Origin: a virus
Taxonomy: Duplodnaviria; Caudoviricetes
DNA length: 31,851 nt
Strand: one strand, 5' to 3'
IMG/VR virus record: IMGVR_UViG_3300037631_003378
Coordinates: 1-31,851 of that record
The notes beneath the pieces were generated by a model, which saw nothing but the letters and a program-made list of their open reading frames with translations, searched no databases and was not told the origin of the DNA. A program made the position numbers and the translations under genes. Shown here one piece after another: positions 19,063-31,000 of this stretch. Each line of letters begins with the position of its first letter. Position 1 is the first letter of the stretch.

Positions 19063-19073
19063 TTAAAAAAACA

Positions 19074-22000
19074 ATGGTATATAGCTCAAAAAAACAAGAA
19101 TTATATAAGTTCTTAAAAGACAGGAAACTTGTTGCTGCTACCGAATCCGAGTTTAGCAAGTTGTTTGATACCATTGGGTATCAAGACCAAATATTTAATG
19201 AGCTAAAAAGTGGCGGGTTTTATGCGGGGAGCAAGGGTCAGTTTTTGGATGAATTTTCTACTATTTCTAGGTCGGACTTAGAGAGCCTGAGTGCAAACGA
19301 AATATTCACGGAAAAGGACGGCAAAAAATCAACCGTCACATCCCAAGTAGGAAATTTTGCCGAGAGTATGGATCCGGGCGCAAAGCTAAATTCATACATA
19401 AGGGAGCTGTCAAATAGCCCTCAGTTTGACGATAAGTCTAGACAGAGAGTGCAAGGAGCAGGCGTTAGGGCAGCCACCCCTTCAGACCCTTCAAAGTTTA
19501 AAGGCTTTGAGTTGTATGATAGAAATAATGGGGAGGTTATATCAAAGTTTGATTATAGCTTAACTAGCTATGGCGAAAGACAAAACGCTCTTCAATCAGC
19601 AATGGGTGATTTGCTCACTTGGGCTCAATCAAAGGGGCCGTCAGATATTGAACCACAAGGTCCTGGATTAGACTACCAAAAACTTTACGGCACGATTACA
19701 GAGCAGACAAAGCAAAGGTCAGCGCAGGTCTTGGCGCTTCAAGCTCAATATAGTTTTCCGACTCGACAGGGCGAGTTAACAAATATGACATTAGGTGAGG
19801 GGCAGACTATTGAGGGTAGAATGAGACCCGACTTAGACCCCGCCAATCTAACTACTCAAGACCCTGAAGAGGGGATGAAAGGTACGCTTCCTAGAGACGC
19901 AACGGCAAAGGCCTCTGTTTTTGGACAGAATCAAGTTGGATACGTCTATGCGAACGGATTGTATAATTCGGGTAATTATAGCCTAGACAATGCCTTGAGT
20001 GAATATGAGGGCAAAAAGATAATTGACAGCGAAGGCAGGGAGCAAGTGGTTAAGTCTGCTAAAAAACAAGAAGCCGAATCTGGAGCTATGGAAATAGTTT
20101 TGGAATATGAAAAGGGTGGAAGTGATAAGGTTTTTCAAGAGGAGGGGATAGAAAAGATTGCTCTTGGCAATTTATATGACATATCTAAAATAAGAGACGA
20201 TTTCGACCCAAGTCTAGAACAAACTATTATGGATGATCCTGACCGTTTGTATGGAGAGGGCTCTGTAGGGAACCTTGACGCTTTCAAGTCAAATGATCCT
20301 GAATATGTTTTTAACGATTTTAAAGTAAAGGTTGACGCATTAATGTCTTTAAATGACATGGGTGACGAAGAATTGGTTTCTCAAGCAACAGAATACGCCA
20401 ACAACATATTAAAAAATATACCACTAAGCGCATCAACTAAAAGTTTTGTTGGAGATGTTTACGACGCTAGCTTAGGTAAGACAATTAAGAAGCAATTTAG
20501 CAGTAGAGATGAATATTTTACCTACCTAGTTAACAGATACCTTCAAGAGGCAAATCCTAGGTATGGCCAAACAAGCGAATTATCTACACTTAGGGATAAT
20601 GTTTTCAATGCAGGTGAGGGGAATCCCTATATGCATGGATATACATTTAAACTTAACAACTCAGACTATACCATAGCCGAAGTGTTAAAACACACTAGTA
20701 AGAGTGGCGAGTACAATATTGCCCTAGCTAACAAACCGGTGGGGGAAGCTAGAGGTATATTCGAGGGGGTTGAATCTTATAATCTTTATGACAGAAACAT
20801 ATGGGAAAGGTTCAGAGACAATGTGACTCTTAAGGATGAAAGGGCTTTAGTTGAGGAGCAGGAAAGAATGGACGATGTTCAGGGTGAGCTAAAGAAATAC
20901 TATGATTATTATCAAGATGCTTTTTCTGCGGCATATTTATCAGGCGAAGTTGACTTGGCTAGAGACTTTTACAGAACACTTAAAAACATCGAAAGAAACT
21001 CTGTTGGAATCGTAGACTCTGAGACCATGGAGTTTTTTAAAGAGCTCGAGTACGTTCAAGATTGGAAAGAGGATGACTTCGAGTCTAAGCCCTTAACGCT
21101 TCAGGCTATAGGAAATATTAAAAACACCTTGGGTGGTTCAGCATACAAGGCCGTGGTGGGCACTATAGGCTTGGCTGGATACGCAATGAATTGGTCTGAC
21201 GAAAACAAATTTGCCGACGACATAATAGAGTGGTCAGGTAAAATGCACAAAGCGGGGAATCTTAGAACTGACAACCTAACATCTGATTACTTTTCTTCTC
21301 CTGTTTATGGAAGCAGTTTAGAGTACGAGGGCTACAAAGTATATGTTGATGAAACGGGGAGGCCTACAAATGTTTACACTAGTGAACTTGGTCACGTTTC
21401 GGAGGCAGAAAAAAGGAAGGTATTAGACCAAATAAGCAAAGACGAATCATTTGAAGAAAGAGAGGTTAAATCAAGGGAGTGGTATAACCCTTCACTTGCA
21501 GGAACAGTTGGGTCTTTAACGAGGGTATCCTCTGATTTGGCTGTTTTGGCTGCGGGAGGTGGTATTGGATCTGGACTTACTAGAGGAGCATTGAAGGCCC
21601 TGCCAAAGGCTGCTCAGTACTCTACTCAATTGATAAATGCGGCAATGCCAAAAGTTATTGGTACGTCTATTATTGCTGGTCAACAATATAACGACCTAAG
21701 GGAATATGCTTTACAAGCTGGATTTTCTGAAGACGAAGCCAACAACTATGCGGGCAGAGTGGGTCTTGCTATTGGTTTTACTAACATGGCGTTTGGTGGA
21801 CTTGAGAAAGGATTAGTCGGTGGAGGGTATAGATCTATGACTCCTACGGTGACTGCGGCGGCCTCCAAACTTGCCCCTGAGCAAGTAATGAAAAACGTTG
21901 TTAAAGGGCAAACTGCTAGGTTTCTAAAATCAGGTGTTATTGAAGGCGCAAAAGAGACGTTTGAGGAAGTTGTTCTTGAAAACCTAGTTCAGTCAGGGTA

Positions 22001-25000
22001 TCACGGGTATGCCGCGGCACGGTCTGATAATAAGATTGAGGAGCATACTAGAACTGCTGATGAAATATATGAAACTGTTCTCGTGTCTTTCATCACTGGA
22101 TTTGCGGGCGGAGGACGCTCTGTTACTGGAGAGATTTCAAACTTAAAGAATGCTCAACAATTTGAACTTGACGAGTTATTGTTTCCTGCAGCCAAAAACA
22201 TAAATGCATCCAAGAAGGCGGTAGAAAGACTAGTTGCTGATGGAGTTATTACTAGCAAAGTAGGAATTGACCTTAATAAGAATCTTGAGTACGCACACAG
22301 GGCATATGAAAATATGTCTCCAAGGGTTAAGGACAAAGAGAGTATAAACTTAATTTACAGCAATGAAATGGCTTCTCAAAGACTAGAAGCACAAGCCGCT
22401 AGGGAGAGAAATCCAAAAAGAAAGAAAAGAATAGAGAATAAGGTTGAAAAACTACAAACCATAAACTCCACAATAACTGGCCTTCAAGAGGTTTATGACA
22501 CAGGTGATTCAGCGTATGTGTTAAATGGGGAGCTGGTGAGCAAGGATGAAATATTATCTTTTTTCGACAACAACAATCCAAAGACTTTTAAAAGAACTCA
22601 GTATCAAGTTATAAATGATCCTAACGTAGCGTCTGAAATACAAGATATAACCTCAGAATCTTTAGGGTCTCCTTTGGCTCAGTCTGACATCATGTCTTCT
22701 TTAAAGTCTGAATACGATACGTCCAGGATTAAAAAGGGAAAGTCTAAATCTCAGCAAAAAATTGATGACATAAAATCAGAGATAGATGACGCTGATGGCG
22801 TATCAAGGTCAATGCAGAATGCTAGGCAAAAAGACGGAAGCTACCTGTTTTCTGTAAAGCCTCCTGAAGGATTAGAAAGTGAGGTTGTAAAAACAGAAGC
22901 TGGAGAAACCTATAAGGTTACTAAAGAGGCTGGAGATGAATTTATAACTAAGCTAAACCAATTCAAAGTAGAAAAGGGCGCAGAGGCATCTGCTGAAATA
23001 GAAGAGAGCAAGGCAAGGCAAATAACGGCTAATTCACTAATGGCCAAAACTAAGTTAACCAAAGAGGACCTGTCTGAAATAAAAGAGGGGTATGATAATA
23101 TTCTTGCAAGCCTTAACGCTGAATTGTCAGAGTTACAATCGGGCAAAAAACAAAAAGACGGCAGTTATTTTTTCAAAAAAAGACCTAAAATTGGCAGAGT
23201 CACTCCAAGTAGAAACATATTTAATTACACTACGGGTTATACAATGTCTGAGTCTGATTTTGAAGAGGCAGTTGAAAACAGGAAGAGAAATATTGAATAT
23301 TTTTCTAAGGGATCTGAATTGGCAATCAGCGATTCCTCTCAGGAGTTTGACAGCAGAAGTAACCTAGCATATAGTCAGGTTGGCGCTTTAATTAATGCAG
23401 GTAAAAAACAACGAGCGCTAGAAGTATATTCAGATTATGTTTTAACCGCAGGGGATTACAATGCGTTTAGTGAGTCTAGTATAAACCAAGAGTTTGAAGA
23501 AGAAATTGTTAATACTGGAGTTCTTAAAGTAACCTTAGAATCAAAAAAGGCCCCAGCTGAGTTAACGGAAAAAATAAAAGAGGTTAGAGAGGCTGAGAGG
23601 GTACGTTATAGTGCTATTGCATACCATAAAAAAATATACATACCTGGACCTAATGCTAGAAAGGCTCTTAAAGGAGCCAAGTCAGAGTTTGCTAATAAAG
23701 ATGGGATAGGGGTTTCAAATGTAAAACCACCTCAAGAGCTGGGCTATACATATGCCACGGTAAAAATTCCTTTTATGAGCCGGCCAACTGACATAACATT
23801 TAAGGGCGGTTTTTCTCTTAATCAGACAAAAGAATTGTATGTTTTTGAGGATTTTGATAAATATAATAGTCAATTTACTGAAAACAAGAATACGTTTGAA
23901 GCCCTCAATAACTTTTCGGATGCTCGTAGAAATATTTTAGGAAGAGCGGATGCGGCAACCGAACAGGAGGAGGCTGCTCCAGCAACTGAAGAAGTAGCAC
24001 AAGAAGCACCTGCTGAAAAAGTAAATATTCAACCAACTGATAGCAGTAATCCATCTTTTGAAGAAGGGAGTATGCAAACTTTTAGCGTTGATGGTGGTGT
24101 TTTGGAGATAGGTAGAGTAAAAGGGAATAAGGTATTTTCAATATTGCGCTTGCAGGTAGATGAAAGTCAAAGGAGAAAGGGCAAGGCGGGGGCCTTGTTA
24201 AAAGCAGCTATATCATATACTGACGGCCAAATTTCAGGAGTTGCAACTAACGATGCTTCTGTATCATTGAATTATAAATTAGGGATGAGGGCTAAAGGAG
24301 ATGAAAATTTATCTTTAGAAGAGACATTAGCCAAAAGAACAGAAAAATCTGAGGATGGTACTATAACTATGATTGTTCCATCAAAAAAGGGCGTAACCGA
24401 AGAGGCTGTGACCCCAGCTCCTGTATCAGAGGATCAAAAGCAACCGCCAAAAAAGGTTGTTGCAAGGAAAATAGAGGATAAGCCAAGGGTAGATGAGTTT
24501 AAAGAAAAACTAGAACAACCATTTGCTGAAGGCGCAGAGGTTACGATTAAAACAGATACTGACTTAAACAGAACTAGAGGCGTAGAGACAACGACATTTG
24601 TTCAGACTATATTAGATGAGAAAGGTCGACCAAAGACACAAAACTACAAGACATATAACTCTTTAGAGCAACTTGCTGAGAACTTAGATGCCGACATGGA
24701 TGCTGAAGCAAACAAACCGGCTGTTGAGCAATATGCAGACGCAAAAAACAAAGAGATACAACTAGTAGAAGTAAGGGAAAATAAGTTTGAAAAGTCTCCA
24801 AACTTCGGACAGCGATTTGCCACCATTATTATTGATGGAAAAAGAGTAGAGGTTCAGCTAGAAGAGGGATTTGCTGGAAGAAGGGCTACTGACGTGAACT
24901 CCTTAACTGCCATAAATAAAGACATATTTGGGCTAAGTAATAAGAAGGCTAAAGCGGCGGCAGTTATCAGCGACAGAATGGTCGAGGCTATGGCAAAGAG

Positions 25001-28000
25001 AGATGGCATTTCCAAGGAGGAGATGTACAAGAAAATCTCTTTCAGAAGAAGCCCTGGAGGAATCCCTAAGACTATGAACCCTGCAAGCCTATTGTTCCAA
25101 TCGGACTATAGCTCAAGAGACAGCAAAATAACCTTTACCTTTTTCAAGAACTCCAAGGAGTTTGACGATGCTGTTAAAGCTGGATTAATTGAGAAAGATG
25201 TATCGATTGAATCATTGGATGGCAAAACGGCAGTGTTCCACCAACCAGATGACGCTTCTGTGTCCAACTTTACATACAAAGGAGAGACTATTTTAAAGGG
25301 TCAGGGCGGTGCTCTTTACCCCATAGTGTTTAAGCAAGATGGAGACGTACAGCAACCAGTTTGGGCTAGCACAGGAGAGGCCGCTGCAAGTGGACTTGTT
25401 AACCTTATAAATGAGTCGGGAGTAAGCAATGAGGATGGCGTGGCTAGAATGGTCCTTACTACGGGATCAAGAACTAAAAACCTTAGCAACTCAAACTCAA
25501 TGGAGGGCGTTGCAAGCATCTTTAGCGCTTTTTCAAACAACCCTGACTTTGGTATAACCGAAAACACATATAAGAAGTCTGTGGTAGCAGCAATGAAAAA
25601 AGCTGGTATAGAAAACAACCTAACCACAAAGAGTTCTTTAGACGAAATAATGACCACTATACAGGTTGTGTCAAGACCACAGAACACAAACTTTCAAAAA
25701 AGAAAGGACTTTAATGAACAATTGATTACTGAGATATTAAGCAGAAGTAATAATAACGCAAATAGCAAGTTTGTTAAATCTATGAAGTCATTCTTTGCTG
25801 ACACGGGGTACAAACTGTCTGTGTCTAGTAGAAGAAACTTAGCGATTAAAAAGGGAGATAAAGGCGGATTGGTGAATGGATTTGCTTACGTTTTAGGAGA
25901 GCCTATTGTAAGGGATTTAACTAGTAATGGATCGGGTCAGGCTTATGCTGTGATTGAAGTTACAAGACCTGAAGGGGTTGCTCTTGATGCTCCATTAGTG
26001 GAGGCAGTTGCAGATGATGCTCACGGAAGTTATCCATTTGCAATAAAAACCATTAACCCTCAGTCTAAGGTTAGCGTCAAGTTCTTTGATAAAACGTCTC
26101 CTAGAGAAAACATAGTAGAGAATCCCAACAAGCAAGGGGAAAGGTTCTCTGATGCTCTTTCTGATTTAGAGCAAGGAAGGCCACGTAAAAGTGCTCACGG
26201 CAAAGTGTTCCCTGGGCAAGCGGGTGTCTCTTCAAGCATTCTTAAAATGATGACCGAGAGTCCTGTCGCTCAAGAGACAGAGAGCCAAATAGTAAAATCA
26301 GACATCGAGGAGTCCACCAACAGAATGGAGTCCCAAGATGGAGCAACCTCTACGGTTCTTGATGAGGATTCAGAGGTTGTGTTTCACGGCTCACCAACAC
26401 CACTTGAGGGGAAAACCATAAAACGAGGGCCATCGGGAGCAATATTCTTGACTCCAAACAGAAGGTATGCAGAAATATATTCTACTGATAGAGGGGGTGA
26501 AGTAACTCAAACAATAATTTCCAAACAAAAGAAACAGAATCTATTCGATTTAAGAAACCCTAAGCACATTGAGAAACTAAAACAAGGGTTTTTAAAAAAC
26601 AATGAGGAGCTTGAAGTAGAATACGATTCAAAAGAAGATGCTTTACGAGATTACAATAATGCTATTAGAAGCATGAGAGAGGCATCAGAGGGTGGAAATG
26701 GCATAAATGATTGGGCTACTGGCAGTCAGTTTATTGACCAAATGGAGAACGCAGGATTTCAAGGAGCATTGTTTGCCGAAAGACCCGAAGGTGTTATTGA
26801 TGAAAGTGCTGTGATTAGCTATGCCTTGTTCGATAAGCAACTACCAATTATGAGTAGGGAGCAGACCTCTACGGTTCTTGATGAGGCCAAGGAAATGTCT
26901 GTTCTGCCATTACCTGAAAGATTCCTATTGGGATACGAAGAAGCAACAGGCAAGAGCGTATCTGAAAAAGACAAGCAGTCGTTTTTGTATAAGCTGGGGC
27001 GTAAGTTTAAGTATCAGCCTGGTGGGGTGTTTGTTGACATGAAGCAATTCAAGGCTGTAAATAACTTCACGGGAACTTCAGCTAGAATTAGTGTTGATCC
27101 TGAAACGGGCAAACCATCCCTTAGTGTATCCGATAATGTTTCTGAAACAGATGTTACTAAGGGTAAGGGCAAAATTATTAGAGTCAACCTATTCAAGAAG
27201 TCAGCTGGATGGAAGTGGACGGCAAACTTCGACGGGAACACCTATGAGAATTTAGATAAGATAGTTTCCGTGAAGGTTGGAAGCAAGCACATATACACCC
27301 TCAACTTCGACGGGGCTGTGCCTGTAACACTAAAGAGCTACCCTAAGGAGCCTTCAGAGCCTAGATTAAAACCAACAACAAGGGGTTCTGTTCACCTAGG
27401 GCCTATCATTGGTGAGATAACTAGGAACAACATTACGAACCCCGTATACTCCACAGTAACGGTATTTGACCCTAACGACAAGGCAACTATAGATAGGCTC
27501 ATAGAAAGAGCTCAGTCCAGATCAAACTCGGCAATACTGCCTACGCAAGAAAATTACAACAACCACCAGCTAAAGGATGTTCCCGAGTCGTTTGTTAAGT
27601 TCCAAGAGAACAAGGGGGCTGTTTTTTCTAAGCACGGGAGGCATATAATATTTGCATTAGAGAATCCTGATATTTCAACACCTCTTCACGAGATGGCTCA
27701 CGTATATGAAAATTACCTGACCAATGCAGATAAGAAGGTTGTTATGGATTTTGCGGGCGAGAAGCAATGGAACAGGTCTGTAAGTGAGAAGTTCGCTAGA
27801 GGGTTTGAAAAGTATCTTGCTGAGGGTAAGGCCCCTTCTACCAATCTCAAAAAAATATTTGAAAGTTTCAAGACTTGGCTTACTGATATATATAATGGCA
27901 TAACAGGTTCAGCAATAGACATCGAGTTGAATGATGGGATGCGTGCCATATACGCCACTATGTTAGGCGGTGAAGTTGTTTCTGAAAAGAAACCTGCCCC

Positions 28001-31000
28001 CACAAAAGCTAAGAAAGCAGAGCCAACGGTTGAAGTGGCTGAGGCTAAGAAAGCAGAGCCAACGGTTGAAGTAGCTGAGGCCCCCGTGTCTACAGAAAAA
28101 TTAGACAGTTTCAAGGCTGAAGTTAAAAAGGTCTTGGCTAGTGACAAAACTCTTACGGCAAAGAAGAGCGCCCTGAAGACAATGGTGAACAGACAGGCCA
28201 AGGGTCTAAACTTGGTGGGCAAAGAGGGTCGATTTGTAGATAGGCTTGGGAAGGCTAGGTCTGAGATGTCTATGACCAACGCCATAAATGACTTTATAAA
28301 GGTTGCTGAAAAGCAAGCGAAAGTTCCTGGAAGAATGATTGTTGTCAACGAGGCTAAGGAGTTGATAAAGAGAATTAAAGAAATTGACCTTGCAACTAGG
28401 CGTGCCGAGATGAGTGTGAAAAAGCGTAGCGTTGCAATGCTTAGAGACATTGAAGCCTTCTTGAAAGAAAACAAGATAAGCAAGGAGAATAAAGTAAACG
28501 CTCAGATACTCAGAAGGCTGAAGTATGTTATAGGCAAGAAGAACCCTAACACAATAGCTAGGTTTGAGGCTTATCTAAACAACATAGTTAAGGATGCGGC
28601 ATACGCTGAGAAGTTTAAGAATGCGGATGGTATCAGAAAAAAAATAAAAGGCAAAAGAAAAAGAGACGCTGTACCTGGAGACATCAAGGCAATTGCGAAT
28701 GATTTTATAAGTCTAAACATAGAGAGCGTTCCTAACATAGATGAGTATACTCAATTGGGTGCTATTATTTCAGCTGGAATGGAGAACTCCAAGATGATAA
28801 AGGGTGAGCCTCGCATGCCAAAGACATTTAACAAGTCTGAAGTAAACGCATATGTATCCAAGGAGCTGGCAAGGCAAAGAGATAAGCAAGCCGAAGAGCT
28901 AAAGCAAAAACTAGTAGACGAGGGGTTAGATCCAAAAGGTCTTACAATGTCTCAAATGAAAGCAGCCCTGAGGGGAGACCAAACGACAAAAAAGGAAACA
29001 ACCAAAGAACTTATAAATAATTTCAATGCTTTATTTGAAAGGCTTACGCCAGACGTAGAAGCAGAAATAAAAAACAGGGGTCTTGGTAAGCAAGATGCTA
29101 AGTTGGTCAAGGACTTTGTGGCTATGGATTTAAACCTACTCAAGGATAGAGCTATGGTTATAAAAGCCGCCAATGTATTGACTAACTTCTTGGAGAATGG
29201 TAGCTTATATGGAATGTCTGAATCCGTTAGTTATCATACTGGTAGAAAAAATTTACTTCAAGATATTGAGGATGGCCTTAAAGGGGCGAAAAGGTCAAAG
29301 TATAACATTATTGGAAAATTTGACGACAGAACGGCAAGAACTTTTTATAGTACCCTGATTTCTGTTATGGGGGGCACAAACAAGTCTAACACATTTTTCA
29401 ATAACTCTGGTTCAGCGGATCTCGTTAAGGGGTCAAACTCTGGAGAGAAGACAGTGAATGAATACTTGAATGGTTTTGCTGATTTAAGGGATGGCAGTAT
29501 AAGAAAAGCCGTGTTCTCTCTTAAACTAAGCAAGTTGCCTTCACTGAAAAAAAGAAAAAACAACACATATGACCAGCACGTAGAAAGAGCTATGTACGCT
29601 CACTTAGATAGAATAGAGGAGGGCTCTAGCAAGGAAGAGGCTTTTGCGAATAATAAAAGAATGCTTAAAGAGTCTGTAGAGGTGCTAACCAAAATAGATT
29701 CTAAAAAAGGTGAGGCTCAACAAAAAGTATACGATAGAATAGTAAAGGGTTCTGAAACAATAGAGGATGTTGTGACTAAAATGAATCCTGATTCCTTAGG
29801 GTTGGTTAGTTATTGGAGGGACTTATACTCAAAGCACTTTCCAGAGCTAAAAAGAGTTACTGAGCAGTACTACAACAAACGACTACCTAACGATCAAAAC
29901 TATTTCCCAAGGTCTTTCATAACGATTGACCCCACAGAGTTTGCGGAGGAGGCCGCACAAAGTTATGGCGCTCAAAGACAGGCTAGGATAACATTAGACA
30001 CTCAGAAAATTAAATCACTTCCAAAGGGCAAGATTCTTAATTTAGATTTTGATAGGGTGGCCTACACTAGGCTGAGAGAGGGTCTCATTGATGCTAGAAC
30101 CGTGGAGTCGCTGAAGCAAATAGATGGATACGTGAACTCACCTGAGTTTATTGAAATTGTAAACACAAAGGAACAAGTAGAAAGAGTTAGGAGTAGGATT
30201 GACATCTATAGGAGGCTCAAAAGAAATGAGCTGGGGCAACCCCTAGATACTGATGTAGAATCAAATAAGGCGGTTAAAAAGGTGTTCAGAACTCTTACCA
30301 CCGTAGGTATGGCGAAGGTTATGGTTCAAGTGAGTCAATCTATGAAGCAGTATTTGACCGCAATGATTAGTGCCACGAGTCAAGTTGGAGTTTCGAACAT
30401 TATAACAAAAGACATCATTTCTGTTTTTAATCCTTATAGTGAAGCAAATAAATTTATAGACAGAACAAGCCTTTCAATTATAAATAGAGGCTATGGGTCA
30501 AGGGTAGAGGTAGGAATGGAAGAGAAGCTATCAAGGTCATTATCTGCATCTCAAAATTTAGCGTTCTCTGGGCTAGATGTGATAGATTCAATTTCAACAA
30601 GTGCACTTCAATTGTCTGTTGGGTTTTTTGATAAGATGGCTGCAAGAACAGCGTTCCTTGGGTTTTACAAGAAGAAGCTAAAGCAGATGGGGCTTCCTCA
30701 TAAGAACATTGATTGGGCGAGCCACGAATTAAATGAGGAGGCTGCTTCATTCGCAGACATCAAAGTTGCAGATACTCAAAACGTATCCGATGAGGATATG
30801 AAGGGCGCATTTTTTACTAACAAAAACAGTGTAGCTAGAGGGCTTATTAAAATATTTATACCCTTGTCAGGATTCAGACTTAATGCAAGAGTTAGAGTTA
30901 ATACTAGTGTTAAGATATTAGCAAGTCCAGCCACTACGATAGAAGACAGAAGAGATGCAGCGGCAAACCTTGTTGGTACATTTAACGAGATGGTTAGTTA

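Noticed and set aside
24687-24701. DADMD as a possible DxDxD RNA polymerase catalytic motif
   Set aside because: Lies in an acidic helical stretch (LAENLDADMDAEANK) without the DFD(G/I)D sequence or a recognisable double-psi barrel context.
26346-26886. The direct repeats as a CRISPR array, DGR, IS element or intein boundary
   Set aside because: Only two copies 519 nt apart; no spacers, reverse transcriptase, transposase or inverted repeats seen; no intein C/S...HN termini.
27713-28483. 256-aa minus-strand ORF
   Set aside because: Antisense shadow of the K/E/A-rich giant ORF. Its L/F/S-rich composition and its repeat simply mirror the + strand, and it has no independent motifs.
1167-30750. 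Short (60-123 aa) minus-strand and alternate-frame ORFs in the track
   Set aside because: All overlap long, well-supported + strand genes and show no recognisable motifs or expression signals.
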